The notes under the pieces: model-generated
The model's input: only the letters and a program-made list of their open reading frames with translations
What the model was told of the DNA's origin: nothing
The model's database searches: none
Source of the DNA: a virus
Reading direction: 5' to 3' (one strand)
Virus record (IMG/VR): IMGVR_UViG_3300019360_000002
Coordinates: 1-64,000 of that record
Length of the DNA stretch: 64,000 nt
Program-made: the position numbers and the translations under genes
Part shown: positions 48,181 to 56,821 of the stretch, in pieces
Layout of the letters: the number at the start of each line of letters is the position of its first letter
Position numbering within the stretch: position 1 is the first letter of the stretch

Positions 48181-48486
48181 TCAGTCGTCCTCCCTTACGA
48201 GTTTGCCTCTGGGCCGGCGTATACCACTCAGCTCTTCGAGGCCCTGCGCTACTTTCTCGACATCTTCCGGGGTCGGCGCGGCGCGCAAATTAACGAGTAA
48301 CTGACGAACCTCGTAGCCCTCGCGGGGCGTCATTCGTTTGCCATCAAGCAACAGCATCTCAATCCAGAGCTTTGCGTCTTCCTCGTAGGGAAAGATGGCG
48401 ACGGGGGCGTACGTCGGCGGGTCACCGCAGCCAACGACGAACACGGCGAAGTAGAGACTAGCCGGACTCTTGATCGGGTCGCTCAT
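48181..48486 (-). CDS. Hypothetical protein sharing its first 6 codons with thyX
   Basis: GGAGG RBS; MSDPIK. Confidence 0.55.
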   Translation of the reverse strand: MSDPIKSPASLYFAVFVVGCGDPPTYAPVAIFPYEEDAKLWIEMLLLDGKRMTPREGYEVRQLLVNLRAAPTPEDVEKVAQGLEELSGIRRPRGKLVREDD

Positions 48487-48526
48487 TTTCGTCCTCCCTT
48501 GCGAGTCGCAAGTTGTTATTTCGGTG

Positions 48527-49015
48527 TTACCCCGGGGCGCGCTCGATACGCTCGTCTTCTTCGAGACCCCTAACCACGCCCGACAGGATGAGCGGATCGA
48601 AGAGCGGCTCGGGCAACTTGTCGACATCGAACCAGCGCCACTCCTTGCACTTGTCCGGCTCCATCACCCTCGGTGTGCCGACCCACTCGTCGATGACGAA
48701 GAACAGCGTGAGCGACTGCACGCCGCTCTTGAAGATGGTGTTGGTGTACGGGATGCGGTACTGCCGAACGGAGTAGACGCCCCGGACCACACCAACCACG
48801 AGATCGGTCTCCTCAGCGATCTCGCGCACGACGGCCTCCTCGGGCGTCTCGCCGTGCTCCATCCAACCACCGGGCAGACTCCAGGTTCCAGGACCGTGCT
48901 TGCCGCAGCGCTGACCCATGAGGATCTGGGTCAGATCGCGGACACGTCGCGTGATGATGCCGGCGGTGCCGACATGCACGCGAACGCACGGCAGCGGCGA
49001 GTGCTCGATGCCCAC
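48527..49015 (-). CDS. NUDIX hydrolase (MutT/NUDT15-like)
   Basis: PGGWMEHGETPEEAVVREIAEETDL; EPDKC..W.WF. Confidence 0.9.
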   Translation of the reverse strand: MGIEHSPLPCVRVHVGTAGIITRRVRDLTQILMGQRCGKHGPGTWSLPGGWMEHGETPEEAVVREIAEETDLVVGVVRGVYSVRQYRIPYTNTIFKSGVQSLTLFFVIDEWVGTPRVMEPDKCKEWRWFDVDKLPEPLFDPLILSGVVRGLEEDERIERAPG

Positions 49016-49497
49016 TACCCGTCCGCCCGCACGCTGTGGAACTCGACCACCTCATCGAGCGTGGTGCAGACCTGGGTCACGGCGTTGTCGTCCTCGGGGC
49101 CGTCGCCGTCGTTCTCGGTCAGGTACATCAGCTCGGCCGTGATCGGCTCGCCGGGCGGCAGGTAGATGGACACCGGCTTGCCCTTGCCGATCGCCCAGCC
49201 GGCCTCGATGTGCGCGGATCGGCCAGAAGGCAGGATCAGGCAGAACTCGTCGGCCCACTTCATGGCACCGAAGTCGGAGTTGAAACCGGCCTGCGCGAGC
49301 GGATGCTGGAGGGCCTTCTTGTACTGCTCGGCCGTCCAGCTCTGCCAGTTCGGGTCGATCTCCGACCACGCGAACCCCTTGAGGCCGTGCGGCGGGTTTC
49401 GGAAATCGTATACCTCCAAGCCTGCCTTGCGCAGTGCCTCGACGACGCCGGGGTAGTAGGTGTTCTTCCACGACGACGCCACGTAGATCTTGCTCAT
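49015..49497 (-). CDS. Nucleoside 2-deoxyribosyltransferase/N-glycosidase-like protein
   Basis: KIYVASSW; D...M..AD; SGRSAHIEAGWAIGKGKP. Confidence 0.75.
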   Translation of the reverse strand: MSKIYVASSWKNTYYPGVVEALRKAGLEVYDFRNPPHGLKGFAWSEIDPNWQSWTAEQYKKALQHPLAQAGFNSDFGAMKWADEFCLILPSGRSAHIEAGWAIGKGKPVSIYLPPGEPITAELMYLTENDGDGPEDDNAVTQVCTTLDEVVEFHSVRADG

Positions 49498-50137
49498 GAG
49501 ATGGGGGGGGTCCTTTCTTCTTGTGAATCGCAAGCACCTTCTCGGCCATGTGCTTGACGTTTCTCTCGATGGACATTTCGCCATCGATGAGTTCGAGGAA
49601 GGGCGATCGCTTCGCCATGCCTCGGTAGCGGGCGCGCTTGTCGGCGAGGTTCTTCTCGTAGATCTCGTTCTTCGCCTCGCCGTTCTTGCCCGAACGCGCG
49701 GCGATGCGCGCCTCGGCGACGTGAATGCCTACGTCGACGATGAAGCCGATGTCGGGGCGGATGAACTGGTCGAGCTGGATGATCTCGGCCACCGCCTGCT
49801 CGTTACGGCTCTCGTCGACGTTGTAGGCGAACGCGGTGATGGGCGTGTACCGGTCGCAGATCACGATTTGCCCCTTGTCGAGGGCGACACGAAGATCGAT
49901 CTGCGAGTCGAGCGCGTCGGCGACAAAGAGGTAGAGCATCGACTCCAGCCGACACAGCTTCGGATCGGTGAACACTTGGCGGATGAGCTGGCCGGGCGCG
50001 GTGGTCTTGGTCGGGAAGCGAAAGAGAAAGGGCGAGTTGACGGCCGTGGCGAGCTTCTCCGCCAAGGTCGACTTGCCACCGCCGTCGATACCGTCGAGAA
50101 TCACGAGCGTACCGGGGTCGGAGATCACGTTGATCAT
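49494..50137 (-). CDS. tmk: Thymidylate kinase; C-terminus disturbed by a C8 homopolymer
   Basis: LDGIDGGGKST P-loop; LFVAD; CDRY; PDIGFIVDV. Confidence 0.8.
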
Positions 50138-50487
50138 CGCCTCTTCCTTCCGTTGTCGGGCTTGAGCGCTCTAATCTCGAACTTGGATAGCCGCCCGGTG
50201 GGTGGTCTCGGGCCAACGAACACCGAGCCTTTGCCGTCGCAGCCCGTGCACTTTGTCCCGCGACTGTACCCGCGTCCAGCACAACCGTGGCACTTGTGCC
50301 AGCCCCGCTTCTTCGCCTTGGGCGGGTCGACTGGCCTTGCCACCACCCGGCCAGGGTCTACCTTGGGCTTACGCCCACGCCGCTTCTCTGCGATCTCGTG
50401 GACGAGATGCACGCCCGCGATGTCGCAGCGATCGTCTCGACAGATGGCAGCTAGGTCGCTCAAGGAGTCGGGCTTCTTCGTGGTCAC
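50134..50487 (-). CDS. Protein with DnaJ-like CxxCxGxG zinc motifs
   Basis: CHGCAGRG...CTGCDGKG. Confidence 0.55.
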   Translation of the reverse strand: MTTKKPDSLSDLAAICRDDRCDIAGVHLVHEIAEKRRGRKPKVDPGRVVARPVDPPKAKKRGWHKCHGCAGRGYSRGTKCTGCDGKGSVFVGPRPPTGRLSKFEIRALKPDNGRKRR

Positions 50488-51068
50488 TGTTCGTCGTCAG
50501 TGAGTTCGAGCTTCATGACGAAACGGCGAAGGAGGTACCGACAGACGTAGTCGACCGGCGACTTGGCCATCCGAATGCCGGGCGTGTTGGTCCGCCCCGA
50601 CGGCTCGAAGCTCGTACCGATGAGGCGCCTGCACAGGTCTTCGAGCGGGTGGCCGAGCTGGAGCAGGATTGAAGAGGCGATGGCCCACTGGTCGGCGAAG
50701 CCCGAGGCGACCGAGCCTTGTTTTGCGAGGCGCAAGAAGAACTCGCCCACTTCGCCGTTTGGATAGAAGCTCACCGTCACGTAGCCGTCCTCGTCGCCTT
50801 CAGCCGAGTGGATGGTGAACTTGTGGGTGAGTGACTGGCGTTCGGCCGGTAGTTTGACGCGGCGCGGCAAAGAGGTTGCGGCCGACAGGTCGGCGAGCTT
50901 GACCCCCAGCTCGTCCCTGGCGGCCACAGCCGCCTTCAGATGGGCCTGGGAGCGCGCCAGGTCGCTCGTGAGCTGCCCGACCTGGGTGGTTGCTTGTTCC
51001 AGCTCGGCCCGGGTTTCGGCGAGCTGGGCTCGGCAGGTGTCTAGGTGAGTGGTCGTGAACTTGGGCAC
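50484..51068 (-). CDS. Coiled coil fused to a TSCPD (NrdJ C-terminal/NrdJb-like) domain
   Basis: KLP.ER.S.THKF...GY.TV..Y..G..GE.F...K.GS...S..LQ.G.PL...FEPSG...AKSPVDY. Confidence 0.75.
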   Translation of the reverse strand: MPKFTTTHLDTCRAQLAETRAELEQATTQVGQLTSDLARSQAHLKAAVAARDELGVKLADLSAATSLPRRVKLPAERQSLTHKFTIHSAEGDEDGYVTVSFYPNGEVGEFFLRLAKQGSVASGFADQWAIASSILLQLGHPLEDLCRRLIGTSFEPSGRTNTPGIRMAKSPVDYVCRYLLRRFVMKLELTDDEQ

Positions 51069-51099
51069 GGCGAAACAGTGCCAAATGCGGGTGGGGCGG

Positions 51100-51650
51100 T
51101 CAACAAATATTTGTTGTAAAAGGATTTATTTTTTAGAGAGGTCGCAACCCTACACACGACAGAGGCAACGCTACACCAATTGTAATGGCGCCTAGAGTTT
51201 TGACCGTTTTTTGATGAAAACATTTGAATTTCTCAAGTGGTCATACCACTAATTGATCAGGCGCCAAATGCGTCCGATCAATTAGTGGTCAGACCACTAA
51301 CTTAAATAGCGACAAAAGTCGGTTTCTCTAGCCGACATTACAATTGGTGCCGGGTTGTCTGGTTTTTGCGCGGGGTTGACGCCCGCCGTTTTGCCCAGGT
51401 GTTTCGCCTGTTTAAGTCCGTGCGTAGGGTTTTGGGGTGTTTTTAACTATATGCGAGAAATATGCGTTAATTGGAAAACGACGGAAATTGATCGGCTACC
51501 CGAAATTAGCGTTTTTTGGGGGTATTTCATTTCTCGCGCGCCTTGAATTAAAGTGAAATATTTGTATGAGTTTAGAAGGCCCCTTAACCCTGCACAGCGA
51601 TTACCTTACCTGGCAAAAAATCGAATTTCTTGACCTCTGACTACAGCATG
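51100..51650. other. AT-rich non-coding region with nested inverted repeats; putative replication origin and divergent promoters
   Basis: 14-bp IRs at 51174-51187/51336-51349 and 51245-51258/51276-51289; perfect palindrome at 51101-51116; directly upstream of the primase-helicase. Confidence 0.6.
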
Positions 51651-51724
51651 GCGTAGATCATCAGCCCTCGGGTAGTTTGACCATCAGACGACCTCTGGCG
51701 TGGGGGTCGCGAAAGGGAGCGGGG

Positions 51725-54508
51725 ATGCTCGATGAGGCGCGCAGCTTCTTCAAGCTGCTATGGCCAGACACGTCGCTCGTGGACCACCTTCGCGTCACGC
51801 TGTGGCGGCTACCCGATCGAGCCAGCCTCCACGTCCCGCCGTCGAGCGTCCTGGATGCCCTCCAGGGCTTCGCCACCCTGCCGGTGGCCACCGGGACGTT
51901 CGACAAGCCCTACGAGCCCGCCAGCGGGCCGCCAGGCACGCACGCGATGTATTACGGGGTCGGGCTGCGCCGGCCTGATCTACCGCCGACCAGCCGAGGT
52001 CTCGACGACGATGTGACGGCCTGGCCGGGAGTCTGGGTCGACCTCGACTACGGCACAGAGGGGCACGCAGGTGAAAACTACCCGCCTACCGATAGGGAAG
52101 CGCTGGAAATTGCAGATAAATTTCCTGCGCCTCCAACACTGACCGTGCAGTCAGGTCACGGTTTTCACTTGTACTGGTTGTTCGACAAGCCGCTGGTCGG
52201 GGACAGCAAGAAGTTTTCTAGTCTTATTAAAGGGTTACAGAAGAAGTTTCGGGAGCTTGCTGCGCCCTTTTCAGTCGACAAGACGGACGACGTAGGCCGT
52301 GTGCTCGGCATCCCTGGCCTTTGGAACTGCAAGAAGCTGGTCCCGCCCGTGCGAGTCGCAATTTTGCTTGACGACGGACCGCGCTACAAGATAACAGACC
52401 TGGAAGCTTTTCGCGGACGCCCCGGACGCCCGCTCAAATCCCCGCCGCCCGCCGCCACCGGTCAAGCCGTTCAAGGGCCGCCACCCTTAGACAGCGGAAT
52501 TAAGACCGGTGGCGGTGCCGGCTCTTCTGCAAAACGTGGCCGCCCCGCCAACGTCGACAAGTGGCCGGCGTGGGTGCTGGGCGTGCGTCGCCGCGTCAAG
52601 AACACGACCGACGCCGAGAAGAAGCGCCGAGCTGAGCTACTCATCGATGGCGAGCCGTTCGCCGAGTCGGGCGAGCGGAATAACACTTGCAACAGCATGG
52701 TGGGGCTGCTCACGAACTACGTGTTCAAGGAGAAGCCGCAAGCGACAGCCGAGGAGGTCTACGACACCTTCTTCTCCGCCGCCATCATCAAGATGGCGCT
52801 TCTAGAAGACGACCCGTCGAACCCGGCTCTGCAAAAGGACGAGGTGCTCGGCCAGATCTCACGCATGTGGGAACTCGTGCTCGAAGAGGACGCGCGTGCC
52901 AAGGAGCAGGCCAAGCGGTTCGCCGACGCGCTTCGGCGTGGCGCGCTTCGGCGCAAGGGCGGAGGCGGAGGAGGCAACGGAAGTAACGGTCACGCGAACG
53001 GCAACGGTCACGCGAACGGTCACGGTGAACCGGAACCGGGCGGTAGTTCCACCCAGGCGCTTGTGGTGCGCGAATCCGAGCCTGAGATAGGCGAGTACGA
53101 CACGCCTGATGGGTTGCCGCCCGTGCCTCCGCCGCAGAGCCACGACGCGTTCGGCGAAGATCCGCTGGAGCTGCTCATCATCCAGTACGAGGATGCCTAC
53201 TTTGTCTGGCGCGATGAGCAATACAAGGCTCCGGTGTCGAGTAAAGCCCTGGAGACGAGCCTACGTCGTGACCTCGCCTACGCAGACGGCGTGACGTGGT
53301 ACTACGAGAACGACAAGGGGGTCGAGAAGCGAAAGACCCTCCAGCAGTTCAAGAACGACTACTGCACAGTGGCGCGGCACCTCGTCTTCGATCTCACCAA
53401 TCCGAACACCGAGTACGACCCGGACTCGGAGACGCTGTTCGTGGCCGCAGCGCCACTGCGTGACCTGGAGCCGACGTTCAACGAGCACATCCACGAGTGG
53501 CTCACGCTCTTCGGGGGAGACGGCGCCGATCGCCTGATCGATTGGATTGCCACCATCACGGATCTCTCCTATCAAAGCTGCGCTCTTTACGCCTCCGGGC
53601 ACTCGCGTACGGGTAAGTCGCTCCTCGCCCAAGGGCTTGCCAAGCTGTGGAGCGCACACGGAGAGCCGACCGCGCTCAAAAATGTGTTGGAGAACTTCAA
53701 TGCGGACCTGCTTCGCTGCCCGCTCATCCACGCCGACGAAGCGCTTCCGTACGGAACCCACACCACCGACTTGCGCGAGATGATTGGCTCGTCGAGCCGT
53801 ACCGTCACGCAGAAGTATTTGCCGAATGCCACTTTGCGGGGCGCAATTCGCATGGTGCTCACTGCCAATAACCACGACATGCTGGCGACCGGCGACGAGC
53901 ATCGAGGCCCGCAGGACGTAGAAGCGGTCGCGGAGCGGTTTTTACACATCACGCCGCCCGCGTCGGCAGGGAAATTTTTGGCCGAGCTGGGCGGCAAGGC
54001 AGGTAAGACAAAAGACTGGGTGGATGGGGACCTAATCGCCCGTCACGCGCTCTGGTTGCGGGACCACAAGCGGATCGGGTTTGTCCCCGGCACACGTTTC
54101 ATCGTGGAGGGCACCAAGACCGAGGTGCACCGCGCACTCGTCATGTCTGGTCCCGTGTCGTCGCTGGTCCTTGAGTGGCTCGCCAAGTTTTTGAACAAGC
54201 CGCTCGCGGGAGTCATCAAGCAAGGGCTCGTGCTCTGGGGTAACGGTGAGCTGCTCGTCAACACCTCGGCCATCACCGACCACTGGGAGCACTTCATCAA
54301 TTCTCACCCGGTGTACTCGACCACGCGCATCGGCACCGCTCTCCGCTCCATCGCACGCGGGCTGAGGCGAGGGGACGGTCCGCACCGGAACAAAAACTTC
54401 TGGATCGTCGACCCGATGTACGTGATCGACTGGGCGCAGCAGAACAACATCGGCGACGTGGACGCGATGTGGACCAGCATCAACACCGCCAAGCCGGTTC
54501 TCAACTGA
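51725..54508 (+). CDS. AEP (RepB-like) primase fused to an SF3/D5-like helicase
   Basis: WVDLD, VQSGHGFHLYW, R.L.IPG..N.K; Walker A GHSRTGKS; IHADE; LTAN. Confidence 0.85.
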   Translation: MLDEARSFFKLLWPDTSLVDHLRVTLWRLPDRASLHVPPSSVLDALQGFATLPVATGTFDKPYEPASGPPGTHAMYYGVGLRRPDLPPTSRGLDDDVTAWPGVWVDLDYGTEGHAGENYPPTDREALEIADKFPAPPTLTVQSGHGFHLYWLFDKPLVGDSKKFSSLIKGLQKKFRELAAPFSVDKTDDVGRVLGIPGLWNCKKLVPPVRVAILLDDGPRYKITDLEAFRGRPGRPLKSPPPAATGQAVQGPPPLDSGIKTGGGAGSSAKRGRPANVDKWPAWVLGVRRRVKNTTDAEKKRRAELLIDGEPFAESGERNNTCNSMVGLLTNYVFKEKPQATAEEVYDTFFSAAIIKMALLEDDPSNPALQKDEVLGQISRMWELVLEEDARAKEQAKRFADALRRGALRRKGGGGGGNGSNGHANGNGHANGHGEPEPGGSSTQALVVRESEPEIGEYDTPDGLPPVPPPQSHDAFGEDPLELLIIQYEDAYFVWRDEQYKAPVSSKALETSLRRDLAYADGVTWYYENDKGVEKRKTLQQFKNDYCTVARHLVFDLTNPNTEYDPDSETLFVAAAPLRDLEPTFNEHIHEWLTLFGGDGADRLIDWIATITDLSYQSCALYASGHSRTGKSLLAQGLAKLWSAHGEPTALKNVLENFNADLLRCPLIHADEALPYGTHTTDLREMIGSSSRTVTQKYLPNATLRGAIRMVLTANNHDMLATGDEHRGPQDVEAVAERFLHITPPASAGKFLAELGGKAGKTKDWVDGDLIARHALWLRDHKRIGFVPGTRFIVEGTKTEVHRALVMSGPVSSLVLEWLAKFLNKPLAGVIKQGLVLWGNGELLVNTSAITDHWEHFINSHPVYSTTRIGTALRSIARGLRRGDGPHRNKNFWIVDPMYVIDWAQQNNIGDVDAMWTSINTAKPVLN

Positions 54509-54568
54509 AAAATTTTTGTTGACAATGCTGCTTGGCATACGGCTAAATAACCCACTGCGTGTGAGATA

Positions 54569-56101
54569 ATGGCGATTCTTAAAACGTCGGCTTCGCAGGT
54601 CGAAGCTTTCATCCGCTGCAACCGTTATTGGTACAACAAAAGCGTGTTGAAGTTGCCAGAGCCTTTTTCGCCGGCCGCCGCCAAGGGCTCGCGCGTGCAC
54701 AGCATAAGCGAATACTGGTTAAAGTCCGGCCTTCTCTCACAACCGCCAGGCGCTACTGACGAGGACACGGAGATCGCGCAGGCAGCTATTGCCACCATGC
54801 CCGCGCGTGGGCCGGAGCTGCTTATCGAACACGAGTTCGAGATTCCGACGTACGAAGGTGGCCCAATGTGGCTAGGCTACATCGACCTTGTTGATCCTCG
54901 TGGCGATCTGGTTCACGTGCTTGACCACAAGACGCGTAGTGATTTTCGCTACTGCCTTAAGCCCGAAGACCTTTTGAAATCGATTCAAATGATTTCATAC
55001 GCCAAGTGGGCAATGGATTATTTCGTTAAAGAGGCGGTGTTGATTGGCCACAAATACGTGTGCACCAAACGAACTGCCAAACCGCCTTACTACAAAACGA
55101 TGCTTGTGACAGCGGTTGCGAATCGCAAACAGGTGGACAAGGTGTGGGCGAATCTCATGCCGGTCATTCGTGAAATGATGGCTTGGCGTGAGAGAAACCC
55201 CAAGACCGCAGACGATCTTTCGCCCAATACGGCAGCGTGTGGCATGTACGGAGGGTGCGCGTACAGGCCGCAGTGTGGATTCTCACCGGCACTCGGCACG
55301 TTCTCCATTCGAAAGACGAAGACCATGAGCGACACGCCCACTGCGCCCGTGAATGGAACCACCCCGCGTCCGATGTCCCTCTCCGAGAAGCTCGCCGCCA
55401 AGAAGGCGGCAGCCGCCGCAGCCGCGCCGCCGGCTACCACGGCCCCGGCCGCAGGAGCGCCCGCTGTCGGCCTCGTGCCGCCGGACGCGCCGCCCAACCT
55501 GCCGGCAGGCCAGCCGCCCGAGGACGCCAAGCCCGAGGAGAAGAAGACCAAGGCGAAGAAGGGCTCGGCCGCGCGTGACGCGATTTTGGCGGCGGCCGGC
55601 GGCGAGCCCGAGAGCGGGACCCTGCCGGGCGTGTCGACGACGCCGCCTCCGGCGAAGCCGGATCTGGGGCGTGTGGCCGAGGAGAGCACGGCCTCGCAGT
55701 TCAAGGGAGTGAAGGAGGAGGCAGAGCGCAAGGCGCTCGTCGCCGAGAACGCCGCCGCGCCTGGCGCCGAGACGGCTCCGTCCGCCCCCGTCAAGGCCGT
55801 CGCGACCAAGAAGCGCCTCTCCATTTTTGTCGATTGCCTACCTGTGAAAGGAGGCGGCAGCTTCACCTTGTTCGAGGACTGGGCCGCGCCGCTCTTCGCC
55901 CACGTGGCCGAGGGCCTCGGCCTCTCCGACTACCGCCTGGCGCAGTTCGCCTCGTGGAAGCCTCACTTCGCCAACGCCGTGCGCGAGAGCCTAGACACGC
56001 TGCCGGAGGTGCTGGTGATGTCGAGCTACGGCCCCGGCGTGCAGGAGGCCCTCGACGCGCTCACGCCCCACGCCACCTTGATCGTCAAGAAGCTGGGGTA
56101 G
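54569..56101 (+). CDS. PD-(D/E)XK (RecB/Cas4-like) exonuclease with C-terminal extension
   Basis: SASQ...C.R.W; G..VH; GYIDL; LDHKT; Q...Y; C..YGGC.Y...C. Confidence 0.85.
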   Translation: MAILKTSASQVEAFIRCNRYWYNKSVLKLPEPFSPAAAKGSRVHSISEYWLKSGLLSQPPGATDEDTEIAQAAIATMPARGPELLIEHEFEIPTYEGGPMWLGYIDLVDPRGDLVHVLDHKTRSDFRYCLKPEDLLKSIQMISYAKWAMDYFVKEAVLIGHKYVCTKRTAKPPYYKTMLVTAVANRKQVDKVWANLMPVIREMMAWRERNPKTADDLSPNTAACGMYGGCAYRPQCGFSPALGTFSIRKTKTMSDTPTAPVNGTTPRPMSLSEKLAAKKAAAAAAAPPATTAPAAGAPAVGLVPPDAPPNLPAGQPPEDAKPEEKKTKAKKGSAARDAILAAAGGEPESGTLPGVSTTPPPAKPDLGRVAEESTASQFKGVKEEAERKALVAENAAAPGAETAPSAPVKAVATKKRLSIFVDCLPVKGGGSFTLFEDWAAPLFAHVAEGLGLSDYRLAQFASWKPHFANAVRESLDTLPEVLVMSSYGPGVQEALDALTPHATLIVKKLG

Positions 56102-56104
56102 GTC

Positions 56105-56821
56105 GTGTTGAAGATCGTAAAGCGCGGGCTAGCGGTCATCTGCGAGTTGCTTCAGATTGGGGTGTTCCTCATTCTGTTACCGATCGACTATGCTGGTATC
56201 AAGCTTCGTCGTGTAGCTGCCCGGCTTACGCGACACCCGTACTACTGGTTGGTTCAGTCCAAGCGCTTGCTCCGTGGGGAGCCGACTTGGCAGGAACACG
56301 ATTGGAAGATCGGCATTCCACCGCCAGGGTGGAAGCCGGTGCCGTGTGATATTCGCGAGTTCGCACAAAAGGCCAGGGGCGAGGTAGTCGAGGAGAAGGA
56401 GGAGAAAATGGACGCGTCGGATAATCCGATGAAGCCTCGCTTCTGCGCCAATTGCGGCGAGATCGTGTCGTGGAACTACCCGTCGGGCGACGAGACGTGT
56501 GCCGAGGTCGCGTGCCAGCACTGCGGCGCCGGCTACGACATCTGCTTCGACGGGTGCAGTGTGCGAGCAGGCCGACAGCGGGACGAGAAGGACGCCAAGC
56601 TAGGTCGCGAGCTGGTGGCGCTCCTCTCCGAGGTCGTCGGCGACAGCGGTGTGTCGGAGGGAGCTGTCGATTGCCTGAAGCGGCAAATTGCGGATCGCAA
56701 GGCGTTCGCTTTGGCACTCAGGGAAGTAGATCAATTCATGTTCGCCGCATGCATGCTCTGCCATCGCAAGCACGCTCAGGATTGTCCGTTTCACAGAGCA
56801 ATGGCGATCTACATCCGGTAA
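56105..56821 (+). CDS. Hypothetical protein with Zn ribbon
   Basis: CANCG...CQHCG. Confidence 0.45.
   Translation: MLKIVKRGLAVICELLQIGVFLILLPIDYAGIKLRRVAARLTRHPYYWLVQSKRLLRGEPTWQEHDWKIGIPPPGWKPVPCDIREFAQKARGEVVEEKEEKMDASDNPMKPRFCANCGEIVSWNYPSGDETCAEVACQHCGAGYDICFDGCSVRAGRQRDEKDAKLGRELVALLSEVVGDSGVSEGAVDCLKRQIADRKAFALALREVDQFMFAACMLCHRKHAQDCPFHRAMAIYIR

Noticed and set aside
49052-49493. 361-aa Tmk with a novel C-terminal domain
   Set aside because: The extension is the NDT gene read out of frame after a homopolymer tract
54569-56101. Cas4-like nuclease as evidence of a CRISPR system
   Set aside because: No repeat-spacer array or other cas genes; it sits in a typical phage replication/recombination module
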